In this document: positions 28,007 through 37,753 of the stretch, piece after piece
Layout of the letters: every line of letters begins with the position of its first letter
How positions within the stretch are numbered: position 1 is the stretch's first letter
Origin: Candidatus Eiseniibacteriota bacterium
GTDB lineage: Bacteria; Eisenbacteria; RBG-16-71-46
Reading direction: 5' to 3'
DNA: 64,000 nt
Assembly: GCA_963717505.1 (NCBI GenBank)
Contig: OY970342.1
Location: 2,048,001-2,112,000, forward strand
Program-made: the position numbers and the translations under genes
Notes under the pieces: model-generated
Seen by the model: only the letters and a program-made list of their open reading frames with translations
What the model was told of the DNA's origin: nothing
The model's database searches: none

Positions 28007-29497
28007 TCAGGCTTGGGTGCGCAGGCCCGCGATCCGCCGCGCGACGATGGTGCGCGTGAGCGGCGTGGCGTCGGCGGCCGAGATGCGGACCATGGCTTCC
28101 GGAACGTGGTCGAGGAAGCCGTCGTTCTGAAGTCCGACGAGCACGGTCGGCAGCGCGCGACAATCGGTGCGAATGCGGTCGATCTCGTCCGCGGCCAGCG
28201 GTGCCCGACTGCGCACCACGATGACTTGAGCGGACGCGGGCGCTGCCGGGTCGGGGCTCAACGGAACTCCTGAGGCCGCGAGTTCCGCCTGAAGCGGCAG
28301 GTCCTCGGCGACCGACACCGCAATGCCGCGCGCCGCGAGCTCGGCGTCGACCGCCGACATCGCGCGCGGTCCGGCCTGCGCGATCCGCCACGCGCCGCCG
28401 CGAGCGTTGGCCGGCAGCGAGCCCCGGACGATCAAGCCACGTTCGATGATCGCCTCGAGCCGCTCGGGCCACTCCGCAGGCGTCAGCGACTCGAGTCCGG
28501 CCTCGAGCTCCGGGGCTCGGGGTTCGCCGTGAGTCTGATCGAATGCCATCAAGCGCGGTCGCGCGGCGTCGAAGCTCTCGCGGTCCACGCGGTCTTCGGT
28601 CAGGTCCTTGGCCAGCTCGAGCCGCACGCGTCGGACGGCTTCGTCGTGAAACGCGAACAGCAACAGATCGCAGCCGGCTGTCAGGGCGCGCCGCGCGGTC
28701 TCGGCCGGCGAGAGCCCGACGGCGCCTTTCATCTCCAGGGCATCGGTGATGGTCACGCCGCGGAATCCCATGCGCTCGCGCAGCAGGTCGCGCAGGATCG
28801 CGGCCGAGAGGGTCGCCGGTGACTCGGGGTCGAGCGCGGGGAAGGTCACATGCGCGGTCATGACCGCGCCGGCCTCGAGATTCGCGCGAAACGGGACCAG
28901 CTCGCGCGCTTCGAGCTCGGCGGCGGACCGGGCGCACACCGGACGAGCCACGTGGGAGTCGAGCACGGTGTCGCCATGCCCGGGGAAGTGTTTGAGGCAG
29001 GAGGCGATTCCTGCGTCGCGGTGGCCGCGCAGCGTCTCGGCGACCGCCGCCGCGACTCGGGCGGCGTCGGTGCCGAAACTCCGGGCGCCGATCACGGGAT
29101 TCTCGGGCGCGGAGTGAACGTCGGCCACCGGTGCCAGCACCCAGTCGACTCCGAGCGCGCGCAGCCTTTCGCCGGTGACGCGCGCGATCCATTCCAGGTC
29201 GCCGGGTGCCGCGCCCCGGGCGACCAGCATCGCGTTGGGCGGCACAGTCAGATGACCCTCGAGCTGCGAGACGTGGCCGCCTTCTTCGTCCATCGCGATG
29301 AAGATCCGGCGCGGCCGCGCGAGCTCGCGCAGCCGCGCCGTGAGGCGTCGCAGGCTTACCAGGTCGACGAAGTCGCGACGGAAGACGATGACGCCCGCCG
29401 GGGGATAGGCGGAGAAGTCGCGTTCCCAGGCGGGTGAGGGTCCCTCGGGCGGCAAGCCGAGGATCATTCGGCGGGCGATCGCGCGCTGCGCGTCCAT
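28007..29497 (-). CDS. nagZ: GH3 beta-N-acetylhexosaminidase
   Basis: DEEGG, APVADV, RSFG, KHFPGHGD...DSH, ITDALEM. Confidence 0.85.
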   Translation of the reverse strand: MDAQRAIARRMILGLPPEGPSPAWERDFSAYPPAGVIVFRRDFVDLVSLRRLTARLRELARPRRIFIAMDEEGGHVSQLEGHLTVPPNAMLVARGAAPGDLEWIARVTGERLRALGVDWVLAPVADVHSAPENPVIGARSFGTDAARVAAAVAETLRGHRDAGIASCLKHFPGHGDTVLDSHVARPVCARSAAELEARELVPFRANLEAGAVMTAHVTFPALDPESPATLSAAILRDLLRERMGFRGVTITDALEMKGAVGLSPAETARRALTAGCDLLLFAFHDEAVRRVRLELAKDLTEDRVDRESFDAARPRLMAFDQTHGEPRAPELEAGLESLTPAEWPERLEAIIERGLIVRGSLPANARGGAWRIAQAGPRAMSAVDAELAARGIAVSVAEDLPLQAELAASGVPLSPDPAAPASAQVIVVRSRAPLAADEIDRIRTDCRALPTVLVGLQNDGFLDHVPEAMVRISAADATPLTRTIVARRIAGLRTQA

Positions 29498-29693
29498 GGG
29501 GCCGAAGTTGGGCGAGTGTGCCGACACTGTCAAACCCCGCGCGCGTCCCGGCGAACCCCGCGTCGGTCGGCCACGGTGCAGCCCGCCCCCGGTGGTCGCG
29601 TAGTTTGCATTGCGTTCCGCCCGGAATCAGTTCACGGCGATGCAAGACGCCGGTTGGGGTCGGTTTCGGGTCGCGTTACACTAATGGGCCACC

Positions 29694-30869
29694 ATGCGAC
29701 CTCCGGTCTCCCAACGCAGCACCCGATTCACCGAATCGGTGATTCGCGAGATGACCCGGCTGTGCCAGCGTCACGGCGGGGTCAACCTTGCGCAGGGATT
29801 CCCCGACTTCCCCGCCCCCGAGGAACTCAAGGACGCCGCGGCACGGGCGGTGCTTTCTGATGTCAATCAGTACGCGATCACCTGGGGCGCCAAGCGCCTC
29901 CGGGATGCGCTGGTGGCCAAGACACGCCGCTTCACCGGTCTCGAATACGACCCCGAAGCCGAAATCGCCGTGTGCTGTGGGTCGACCGAGTGCATGGCCG
30001 CCACACTGCTCGCGCTGGTGGATCCGGGGGATGAAGTCATCGTGTTCGAACCGTTCTACGAAAACTACGGACCCGACGCGGTTCTGTGCGGAGCCGAACC
30101 GAAGTTCGTGCGCCTGCGCGAGCCCGACTGGTCGTTCGATCCCGACGAACTCGAGCGCGCGTTCAGCAACCGGACTCGGGCGATCGTGGTCAACACGCCG
30201 AACAATCCGACCGGGAAGGTCTTCTCCCGCGCCGAGCTGGAGCTCATCGCCGGCCTGTGCCGAAAGTGGAACGTGATCGCGGTCACCGATGAGATCTACG
30301 AGCACATTCTCTACGACGGCGCCGAGCACGTGACCCTGGCCGGACTCGAGGGCATGCGCGAGCGCACCGTGACCATCAGCGGCGCATCGAAGACCTACGC
30401 CGTGACCGGATGGCGGGTGGGCTGGTGTCTGGCGCCTCCGGCGCTGACCAACGCGATTCGAAAGGTTCACGACTTCCTGACCGTGGGCGCACCGGCGCCG
30501 CTTCAGGAGGCGATCGCGGTCGCGCTCGAGCTGCCCGATGACTACTACGTGCGATTGGCCAATGCCTACTGCGAGCGGCGGGAGTTTCTGGTGCCGGCCC
30601 TCGATCGGGCCGGGTTCCGGACGTTTCGGCCGCGAGGTGCGTACTACGTCATGACCGACATCTCGGACTTCGGATTCCCGGACGACGTCGCCTTCGCCCG
30701 TCACCTGGTCGAGGACATCGGTGTCGCCGCGGTTCCGGGGTCGAGTTTCTATGCGGATCCTGTGTCGGGACACCGCAGACTGCGCTTCCATTTCGCCCGC
30801 AGACGCGAGACACTTCAAGGGGCCGCGGATCGATTGGGCCGGCTCACGGCCCGCGCTTCGACGACCTAG
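29694..30869 (+). CDS. Class I/II PLP-dependent aminotransferase
   Basis: NLAQGFPDF, NTPNNPTG, DEIYE, SKTYAVTGWRVG. Confidence 0.92.
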   Translation: MRPPVSQRSTRFTESVIREMTRLCQRHGGVNLAQGFPDFPAPEELKDAAARAVLSDVNQYAITWGAKRLRDALVAKTRRFTGLEYDPEAEIAVCCGSTECMAATLLALVDPGDEVIVFEPFYENYGPDAVLCGAEPKFVRLREPDWSFDPDELERAFSNRTRAIVVNTPNNPTGKVFSRAELELIAGLCRKWNVIAVTDEIYEHILYDGAEHVTLAGLEGMRERTVTISGASKTYAVTGWRVGWCLAPPALTNAIRKVHDFLTVGAPAPLQEAIAVALELPDDYYVRLANAYCERREFLVPALDRAGFRTFRPRGAYYVMTDISDFGFPDDVAFARHLVEDIGVAAVPGSSFYADPVSGHRRLRFHFARRRETLQGAADRLGRLTARASTT

Positions 30870-30884
30870 TTCACGGAGAGTTCC

Positions 30885-32549
30885 ATGGCATCTGCTCGTC
30901 GCAACCCGCTTGGTCCGCTGGCACTGGCCATGGCCGTCTCGGTGACTCTGGGCTTCGGTCTCGCTCGCGGTCTCCAAGCCACCGATGATCTGCGCAGCCA
31001 ACTCGACCTGTTTTCGCAGATCCTCTACCTGGTCCAGAACAACTACGTCGACCCGCCCGACAACCAGAAGCTGATCCGCGGCGCGATCGACGGGATGCTC
31101 CGGACCCTCGACCCGCACACCGTGTTCGTGCCGGAACAGCGGGCCCAGCGCATGGACGAGGAGTTCCAGGGCGAGTATTCGGGCATCGGCATCCAGTTCG
31201 AGATTCGCGACAACGCGATCGTCGTGATCTCGCCGCTCGAAGGCACGCCGGCGTACCGTCTCGGCATCACGGCCGGGGACCGGATCATCGAGGTCGACAA
31301 GCAGCCGCTGCCGAAGAACCTGACCAACGACGACGTGTTCAAGCTGCTGCGCGGGCCGAATGGCAGCCTGGTGGGAGTCACCATTCTGCGGCAGGACGAA
31401 CCCGAGGCGCTCGCGTTCTCGATCGAGCGCGCCAAGATCCCGATCGAAAGTGTGCCCTACGCGTTCATGATCCGCCCGGGTGTCGGCTACGTCCGGGTCA
31501 TTCGCTTCTCGCAGACCACCGGCGACGAGCTGGACAAGGCGCTGGGAACGCTCCAGGACCAGGGAATGAAGTCCCTGCTGCTCGACCTACGCTCGAATTC
31601 CGGCGGTCTGCTATCGCAGGCGATCGAAGTCCTCGATCAGCTGGTGCCCCAGAACAAGCTGCTGGTCTACACGCGCGGCCGGATTCCGTCCGCGAATGCC
31701 GATTACAAGAGCGGCGGCCGCGAGAAGTTCCTCGAAGGCCCGATCGTCGCGTTGATCGACCACGGCAGCGCCTCGGCGTCGGAGATCGTTTCGGGAGCGA
31801 TCCAGGATCTCGACCGCGGGCTGGTCGCGGGCACCAACTCGTTCGGCAAGGGGCTGGTGCAGAACCAGCTTCGGCTCTCGGACGGCTCGAAGCTCCTGCT
31901 GACCATCGCCAAGTACTACACGCCGAGCGGCCGGCTCATCCAGCGCGATTACAGCAAGTTCTCCGACCGCGGCGAATACCAGGAAGAGGCCTATCGCGCC
32001 GACGTCCCGTCGGATTCGGTGCTGGCCACGCTGCCTCAGTTCAAGACCGCGGGCGGGCGCACCGTGTTCGGCGGCGGCGGCATCTACCCGGACGTCATCA
32101 TCAAGGACGACCCGAACCTGTCGACGCCCCAGGCCCAGATGATCCAGAACCGCGTGTTCTGGGAGTTCGCGACCCAGTACCTGCACACCCGCAAGGGCGA
32201 GAAGTGGACGGCGGAGAAGATTGGGCCCGAATTCAAGCTGACCGACACCGACTGGCAGACGCTGCGCACCGTGATCACCAACCGCAAGGTTACGATCAGC
32301 GATTCCGTGTGGCAGGCGGACCGTCCGTTCATGCTCCGACAAGTCCGGTCCGAGATCGCTCAGAACACGATGGGGTCGCTGGCGCGCTACCGCGTCCTGA
32401 TCGAGGACGACACCCAGCTCAACGAGTCGCTGGAGTTGTTCCCGCGCGCGAGCCGGCTGATGAGCGGCAACTTCGACGACGCGACCGACCCGCGCAAACC
32501 GCCCACGCGCACTACGCCTCCGGGAGCGGCCCAGACGCGCAAGCAGTAG
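30885..32549 (+). CDS. ctpA: S41 carboxyl-terminal processing protease with PDZ domain
   Basis: LDPHT, GIGI PDZ loop, DLRSNSGG, SASASEIV, SFGKGLVQ, KYYTPSGR. Confidence 0.92.
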   Translation: MASARRNPLGPLALAMAVSVTLGFGLARGLQATDDLRSQLDLFSQILYLVQNNYVDPPDNQKLIRGAIDGMLRTLDPHTVFVPEQRAQRMDEEFQGEYSGIGIQFEIRDNAIVVISPLEGTPAYRLGITAGDRIIEVDKQPLPKNLTNDDVFKLLRGPNGSLVGVTILRQDEPEALAFSIERAKIPIESVPYAFMIRPGVGYVRVIRFSQTTGDELDKALGTLQDQGMKSLLLDLRSNSGGLLSQAIEVLDQLVPQNKLLVYTRGRIPSANADYKSGGREKFLEGPIVALIDHGSASASEIVSGAIQDLDRGLVAGTNSFGKGLVQNQLRLSDGSKLLLTIAKYYTPSGRLIQRDYSKFSDRGEYQEEAYRADVPSDSVLATLPQFKTAGGRTVFGGGGIYPDVIIKDDPNLSTPQAQMIQNRVFWEFATQYLHTRKGEKWTAEKIGPEFKLTDTDWQTLRTVITNRKVTISDSVWQADRPFMLRQVRSEIAQNTMGSLARYRVLIEDDTQLNESLELFPRASRLMSGNFDDATDPRKPPTRTTPPGAAQTRKQ

Positions 32550-32576
32550 TCCTCGCGACTCGAGCGCGAACCCGAT

Positions 32577-32611
32577 CTTCGCCCCTGCATCGGCGGGGGC
32601 GAAGCTGTTTT
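32577..32611 (+). terminator. Terminator between convergent genes
   Basis: CTTCGCCCCTGC/GCGGGGGCGAAG stem then CTGTTTT. Confidence 0.6.
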
Positions 32612-32617
32612 CGGGCG

Positions 32618-33442
32618 CTAGGCTGGGGCCAACGGGGTCGTGGACTCCGCGACGCGAATCACCACCGGGTCGCCGAGCCCCAATCCGTAACGCAGGGCGG
32701 CGTGCCCGCCCACTTGCGCCACCTCGAGGCGCTGGCTCGAACCCAGGATCGCGACCACCGTGCCCAGTGGCGCGTCGCCGTAGGAACGCGAGATGCCGCG
32801 AATCCTGAGCCCTCCGACCTCGACCACCAGGGCGGAATCGCGAACGCCGGGGAACGCCTCGGCCAGCGCGTCCGCGAGCAGGTTGGTCAGGGCGTTGCCA
32901 AAGCGGTCGACATGGGCGACACGACCGACCAGCGCACCATCGTCACGCAATGCCACCCGCCGGCCGAGTCGCACCGGGTCGATGACCGGCGGGCCGAACG
33001 CGTCGAGCTTCACTCCCTTGGCGAGATGGCCGGCCACCGGAGCGAAGACGTCGCGACCGTGGAACGTCCGGCTCACCGGCTCGCGGAACCAGCGCGGCTC
33101 GATCAACGCGTGAACCACCGCGGCGGGATCGGCGAACGCCCATTCGAGGATGCCGTTGTCGGGCCCGACGAAGTACTGCCCATAGGCGGCCACTGCCAAC
33201 GCACGGCGTGAGGTGCCGACGCCGGGATCGACCACCGCCAGGTGCACGGCTCCCGGGCCGAAGTCGCCGGAGGCCGCCTCGAGGATGAACGCAGCCTTCG
33301 TGACCTGCCCAGGCTCGATCGTATGGCAGAGGTCGACGACGTGGGCCTCTGGGCAGATCCCGTACAGCACTCCGTGGACGACCCCCACGAACCAGTCTTC
33401 GTGGCCGAAGTCCGAGGTGAAGGTAATCAACGGCCGCGCCAT
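32618..33442 (-). CDS. SAM hydroxide adenosyltransferase (DUF62, chlorinase/fluorinase superfamily)
   Basis: TFTSDFG, VVDPGVG, GPDNG, SRTFHGRDVFAP, DRFGN. Confidence 0.9.
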   Translation of the reverse strand: MARPLITFTSDFGHEDWFVGVVHGVLYGICPEAHVVDLCHTIEPGQVTKAAFILEAASGDFGPGAVHLAVVDPGVGTSRRALAVAAYGQYFVGPDNGILEWAFADPAAVVHALIEPRWFREPVSRTFHGRDVFAPVAGHLAKGVKLDAFGPPVIDPVRLGRRVALRDDGALVGRVAHVDRFGNALTNLLADALAEAFPGVRDSALVVEVGGLRIRGISRSYGDAPLGTVVAILGSSQRLEVAQVGGHAALRYGLGLGDPVVIRVAESTTPLAPA

Positions 33443-33529
33443 AGGGCAGGCACCCTAGCACGATCGCCGGCCCTCTCCCGGTAGGCCCGCCAACCCCCTC
33501 AAGCCGCGGGCGAGCCCGGCCGATGCCCC

Positions 33530-33557
33530 TTGACAGATGATATCAATATGGTATCGT
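33530..33557 (+). promoter_or_regulatory. Promoter overlapped by tandem TGATATCA-like operator
   Basis: TTGACA-16-TATCGT with TGn extension; TGATATCA (33538) and TGGTATCG (33549) 11 bp apart. Confidence 0.65.
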
Positions 33558-33584
33558 TTCGACATCAACCCAGAGGAGGGTGCC

Positions 33585-34454
33585 ATGCTGCGCGAGAGAG
33601 TGGCCCGGAGCCTGCCGGGCGGGTTCATGCTGATTCTGCTGTTGATCGGTTCGGCGGTCACGGTGTTCGCGATGATCTCGGCCTTTGCCGCCGACCGGAA
33701 CGGGACCGGGGTGATTCTGGTTTTGGTCGAGATTGCGCTGTCGCTCAGCTTCGCCGGTCTGTTCGTGGTCAATCCCAACGAAGGCAAGGTGGTCCAGCTG
33801 TTCGGCAACTACGTGGGCACGGTGCGTACACCGGGCTTCCACTGGGTGAACCCGCTGACCACGCGCAAGCCGGTCTCGATGCGCGTGCGCAACTTCGAAA
33901 GCTCGAAGCTCAAGGTCAACGATCACGTCGGCAACCCGATCGAAATCGGCGCGGTCGTGGTCTGGCGCGTGGTCGACACCGCCGAGGCCGTATTCGAGGT
34001 CGACGACTACCAGAACTTCGTGCACGTGCAGAGCGAGGCGGCGTTGCGCAACCTGGCGACGTCGTACCCGTACGACGCGCACATGGAAGGGGAGATCTCG
34101 CTGCGCAGCCACACCGGGGAGATCGCGACCGAACTCAAACGCGAGATCCAGGAGCGGCTGTCCAAGGCCGGCGTCGAAGTCATCGAATCGCGGATCAGCC
34201 ACCTGGCTTATGCGCCCGAGATCGCCAGCGCCATGTTGCAGCGCCAGCAGGCGAGTGCGGTGGTCGCGGCACGCACCCGCATCGTCGAGGGCGCGGTCGG
34301 CATGGTCGAGATGGCGCTTGCCGAGTTGTCGAAGAAGGGTGTGGTTGCGCTCGACGAGGAACGCAAGGCAGCGATGGTTTCGAATCTCCTCGTGGTCCTG
34401 TGCAGCGACCGGCACGCACAACCGGTGGTCAACACGGGAACCCTCTACAACTGA
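33585..34454 (+). CDS. SPFH/band 7 domain membrane protein
   Basis: Two N-terminal TMs, LKVND..GNPIEI, HLAYAPEIASAMLQRQQA, PVVNTG; GAGGAGG SD. Confidence 0.9.
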   Translation: MLRERVARSLPGGFMLILLLIGSAVTVFAMISAFAADRNGTGVILVLVEIALSLSFAGLFVVNPNEGKVVQLFGNYVGTVRTPGFHWVNPLTTRKPVSMRVRNFESSKLKVNDHVGNPIEIGAVVVWRVVDTAEAVFEVDDYQNFVHVQSEAALRNLATSYPYDAHMEGEISLRSHTGEIATELKREIQERLSKAGVEVIESRISHLAYAPEIASAMLQRQQASAVVAARTRIVEGAVGMVEMALAELSKKGVVALDEERKAAMVSNLLVVLCSDRHAQPVVNTGTLYN

Positions 34455-34462
34455 GGTAGCGC

Positions 34463-34648
34463 GTGTCGGAACGCAAGCCGTTCCTGCTCCGGCTCGACCC
34501 CGCGGTGTTCGAAGCGCTCCAGCGCTGGGCGGGGGACGAGCTGCGGAGCCTGAACGCCCAGATCGAGTTCCTGCTGCGACAGGACCTCGCCGATGCCGGC
34601 CGGCTGTCGCGCGACGCGGCGGCGCCGGCCCGGCGGAGGAAAGAGTAG
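34463..34648 (+). CDS. Arc-like ribbon-helix-helix DNA-binding protein
   Basis: KPFLLRLDP...WAGDELRSLNAQIEFLL; directly after SPFH gene. Confidence 0.8.
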   Translation: MSERKPFLLRLDPAVFEALQRWAGDELRSLNAQIEFLLRQDLADAGRLSRDAAAPARRRKE

Positions 34649-34668
34649 CGGGCGTTGTCGGGCAGGCT

Positions 34669-35721
34669 TCAATGCGATCCGGGTACCTGCGCCAGCATCT
34701 CCTCGAGAATGCGCGACGCGCCGTCGACCGTCAGTCGATCGAGACAACGCAAGTCGTCGCACAGGTCGCGGTGGCACGGGCTGCACTCGACGCGCGCGTA
34801 GTACGCGCGGTGGCCCTCGGATTCCGGATATGGGAAGAACATCGCCGGCCGGTTGCGCGACATGAGCCCGAGCGTCGGGGCGCCCGCGGCGACCGCGGTG
34901 TGCAGTGGACCGGTGTCGCCGCACACGAACGCGGCACAGCGAGACTGGAGCGCGACGAAGCGCGCGAGCGGCCAGCCGGTGATCGCGAGCGCTCGGCCCT
35001 TCGGCAATGCTGAGACGATCTCGTCGACCAACGCTGCCTCGGATGCCGCGCCGGTGATCAGTGCGACGCCGCCCGGATCGCTGTCAACGAACCGCCGCGC
35101 CAGCGCCGTGAACCGCTCCGGGTACCAGCGCCGGGTTGGCCAGCGGGCGCCGGGGTGGAAACCCACGAGACGGGCAGCGTTCGCGACGCCGAGCTGCGCC
35201 AACTCGCGATCCGCCGCGGCCCGCGCCGGGGCATCGAGATGCAGCCGTGGGGTGGAGGTCGGGGCCGGCCAGCCGAGTGCCGCCACCGAGGCGAGGTGGA
35301 ACTCGGTCGACGACAACGTGTGGGGTCGCGCGTGATGCGTGTAGAGCGCCGAGCGCCAACCTTTACCGGGATAGCCGACGCGGGTGCGCGCGCCCGAAGC
35401 CCAAGTCCACTGCGCGGTGCGCGGGTTGCAGAAGAAGTCGATCGCGAGGTCGGGTCCGAATCGGCGCATCCGACGCGCCAGATCCAGTGTGCCGACCAGT
35501 CCGGAGTCGCGGCGGACCACGATCAGCTCCGCGATCCGTGGGTCACCGGCCAGTAGCGGCGCCGACTCCTCCTCGACCACGTACGCGAGCCGCGCGTGCG
35601 GGCAGGCGGCGCGCACCGCCTCGAGTGCGGGCAGCGTCAGGCAGATGTCGCCGAGGAATCGCGGCCGGATCAACATCACCGAGTGGACGGATTCGGGATC
35701 GACGGACCGTACCGGGAGCAT
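34669..35721 (-). CDS. GT9 family glycosyltransferase (heptosyltransferase-like)
   Basis: RFLGD, HPGARWPTRRW, GDTGPLHTAVA. Confidence 0.88.
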   Translation of the reverse strand: MLPVRSVDPESVHSVMLIRPRFLGDICLTLPALEAVRAACPHARLAYVVEEESAPLLAGDPRIAELIVVRRDSGLVGTLDLARRMRRFGPDLAIDFFCNPRTAQWTWASGARTRVGYPGKGWRSALYTHHARPHTLSSTEFHLASVAALGWPAPTSTPRLHLDAPARAAADRELAQLGVANAARLVGFHPGARWPTRRWYPERFTALARRFVDSDPGGVALITGAASEAALVDEIVSALPKGRALAITGWPLARFVALQSRCAAFVCGDTGPLHTAVAAGAPTLGLMSRNRPAMFFPYPESEGHRAYYARVECSPCHRDLCDDLRCLDRLTVDGASRILEEMLAQVPGSH

Positions 35722-35798
35722 GGCTGGAGTATGATGACGCGCGTCCGGCTGGCAAGGGCGACCGACACGTCGGGGTCGACGCTTCCTCGGAGCACGAC

Positions 35799-36998
35799 AT
35801 GACTGGAGAGAAACGCAAGACCCGCCGGGCCCGCACCCGGGTGGTGCACGACGAGACGCGCGAGAAGTCCGGGGCCGCCAGCACGCCGATTTTCCACTCG
35901 GCGACCTTCACCGCGCGAACCACCGACCAGGTCCTCGAGCAGATGCACCGCCGGGCCGCCGGGGCGTTCTACCAGCGCGACGGCCATCCGACGCTGCATG
36001 CCGTGGAGCAGAAGCTCGCCGGCATCGAGGAAGCCCAGGCCGCCTTGTTGTTCACCTCGGGCATGGCCGCGATCACCGCCGCGTTCTTCGGAAATCTGCG
36101 CCCCGGGGATCATGTGATCACCGTGCGCCAGGCGTACGGCGGCACGCTCGAATTGCTGAACTGGGCCGCGGATCATGCGGGCTGGTCGGTCACCCTGGTG
36201 GATGCTCGCGACCTGTCCGCATGGGAAGGAGCGTTCCGGCAGAACACGCGAATTCTGCACGTCGAGTCCCCGACCAATCCGACGGTATGCGTCGTGGATC
36301 TGGAGGCGGCCGCCCAGCTCGCGCATCGGCACGGTGCGCTGCTGACCGTGGACAACACCTTCGCCTCGCCGCTCGGCCAGCGACCGCTCGAGCTGGGCGC
36401 GGACCTCGTGATCTACAGCGCGACCAAGTCGATCGGCGGACATAGCGACCTACTCGCCGGCGCCGTGCTCGGTGCCTCGTCGGCACTCGATCCGATCTGG
36501 CACCTGCGCCACATGTTCGGCGCCGTGCCCGACCCGGCCACCGCATGGCTGATCGAGCGCAGCCTCAAGACCCTGGCGCTGCGGGTCGCCGCCGCCAATG
36601 CCAACGCGCTCGAGCTGGCGACGCGCCTGGCGCGTCATCCGGCAGGAGTGCGCGTGCACTATCCCGGACTCGCCGATCACCCGGGCCACGCGATCGCCAA
36701 ACGGCAGATGTCGATGGGTTTTGGCCCCATCGTGTCGATCGAGCTGCCCGATGGCGAACGCGCCCGCGCCTTCAACGACGCGCTCGAGCTGTTCTCGACC
36801 GGGCCCAGCCTGGGCGGGGTCGAGTCGTTGACCAACCAGCCGGCGCTCCTTTCGCATCGCAGGCTTAGCCCCGAGGAGCGCCAGGCGGCGGGCATTCCCG
36901 ACGGTTTGGTGCGGCTTTCGGTCGGGATCGAGGATGTCGAGGATCTGTGGGCCGATCTTGACCGTGCCCTCACACGCGCCGGGGTGCCGGCGGCGTAG
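35799..36998 (+). CDS. Trans-sulfuration PLP enzyme (cystathionine gamma-synthase / methionine gamma-lyase family)
   Basis: ESPTNP, VDNTFASP, SATKSIGGHSD, SLGGVESL, RLSVGIED. Confidence 0.88.
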   Translation: MTGEKRKTRRARTRVVHDETREKSGAASTPIFHSATFTARTTDQVLEQMHRRAAGAFYQRDGHPTLHAVEQKLAGIEEAQAALLFTSGMAAITAAFFGNLRPGDHVITVRQAYGGTLELLNWAADHAGWSVTLVDARDLSAWEGAFRQNTRILHVESPTNPTVCVVDLEAAAQLAHRHGALLTVDNTFASPLGQRPLELGADLVIYSATKSIGGHSDLLAGAVLGASSALDPIWHLRHMFGAVPDPATAWLIERSLKTLALRVAAANANALELATRLARHPAGVRVHYPGLADHPGHAIAKRQMSMGFGPIVSIELPDGERARAFNDALELFSTGPSLGGVESLTNQPALLSHRRLSPEERQAAGIPDGLVRLSVGIEDVEDLWADLDRALTRAGVPAA

Positions 36999-37101
36999 GA
37001 TTTTTCGTCGTCCGCGTGTTAGTCTCGCACGCCGATTTTGCAACGATTGCGTCCGGTTCGATCCGGGCGCAGCACATCCCACGACACCTCCGGAGGAAAC
37101 C

Positions 37102-37731
37102 GTGAAGCGCGAAGTCCTGGCGCTCCTCGCTCTTGCTGCGTTGGCCACCGTGGCCGTTCCCCGCACCTCGCTTGCCCAGAATCCGCCGGCCGTGCCGCAG
37201 GCGAGCGTGGTCGACAGCCTGCTGTTGCTCGAAAAGGCAGTGGCCACCGACTCCTCGAAATTCGACAACCTCTATCGCCTGGGGTCGATGTACCTCGACC
37301 GCGACCGCATCCCGGATGCCACCCAGGTTCTTCACAAGGCGCACAAGGTGCGCCCCAAGGACCATCGCGTGCTGGTCAATCTCGGAGCGGCCTACGACGC
37401 CGCCGGGAATCCGAATGCGGCCCAGGGCTACTATCGCGACGCACTCAAGCTGGCGCCCGGAGACTCGGTCGCCACCTGCCGGCTGGCCAGCTCGCTCTAT
37501 GCCTCCGGTACCTACAAAGAGGCCATGTCGCTGCTGCGCGGCATGGTCGGCGACGGGAACAAGGGCTCGTACTGCGCGTACTTCACGCTCGGCGTCGCGT
37601 TTGCCGACGCCGGGATCTACCGCGACGCGATCCGCATGTGGAAGAAGGTCATCGAGCTCGCGCCGAACTCGCCGGAGGCGGCCAGCGCGCGCGAGAGCAT
37701 CGAAGTCCTCGAGCAGTTCGTCGGCGAGTAG
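37102..37731 (+). CDS. Exported TPR protein
   Basis: GGAGG SD, signal peptide, TPR consensus segments. Confidence 0.8.
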   Translation: MKREVLALLALAALATVAVPRTSLAQNPPAVPQASVVDSLLLLEKAVATDSSKFDNLYRLGSMYLDRDRIPDATQVLHKAHKVRPKDHRVLVNLGAAYDAAGNPNAAQGYYRDALKLAPGDSVATCRLASSLYASGTYKEAMSLLRGMVGDGNKGSYCAYFTLGVAFADAGIYRDAIRMWKKVIELAPNSPEAASARESIEVLEQFVGE

Positions 37732-37753
37732 CCGCCCCGCGGGAGGACCCCGC

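Noticed and set aside
32618-33442. Fluorinase/chlorinase
   Set aside because: It has the TFHGRD motif typical of the widespread DUF62 SAM hydrolases and no halometabolite genes nearby.
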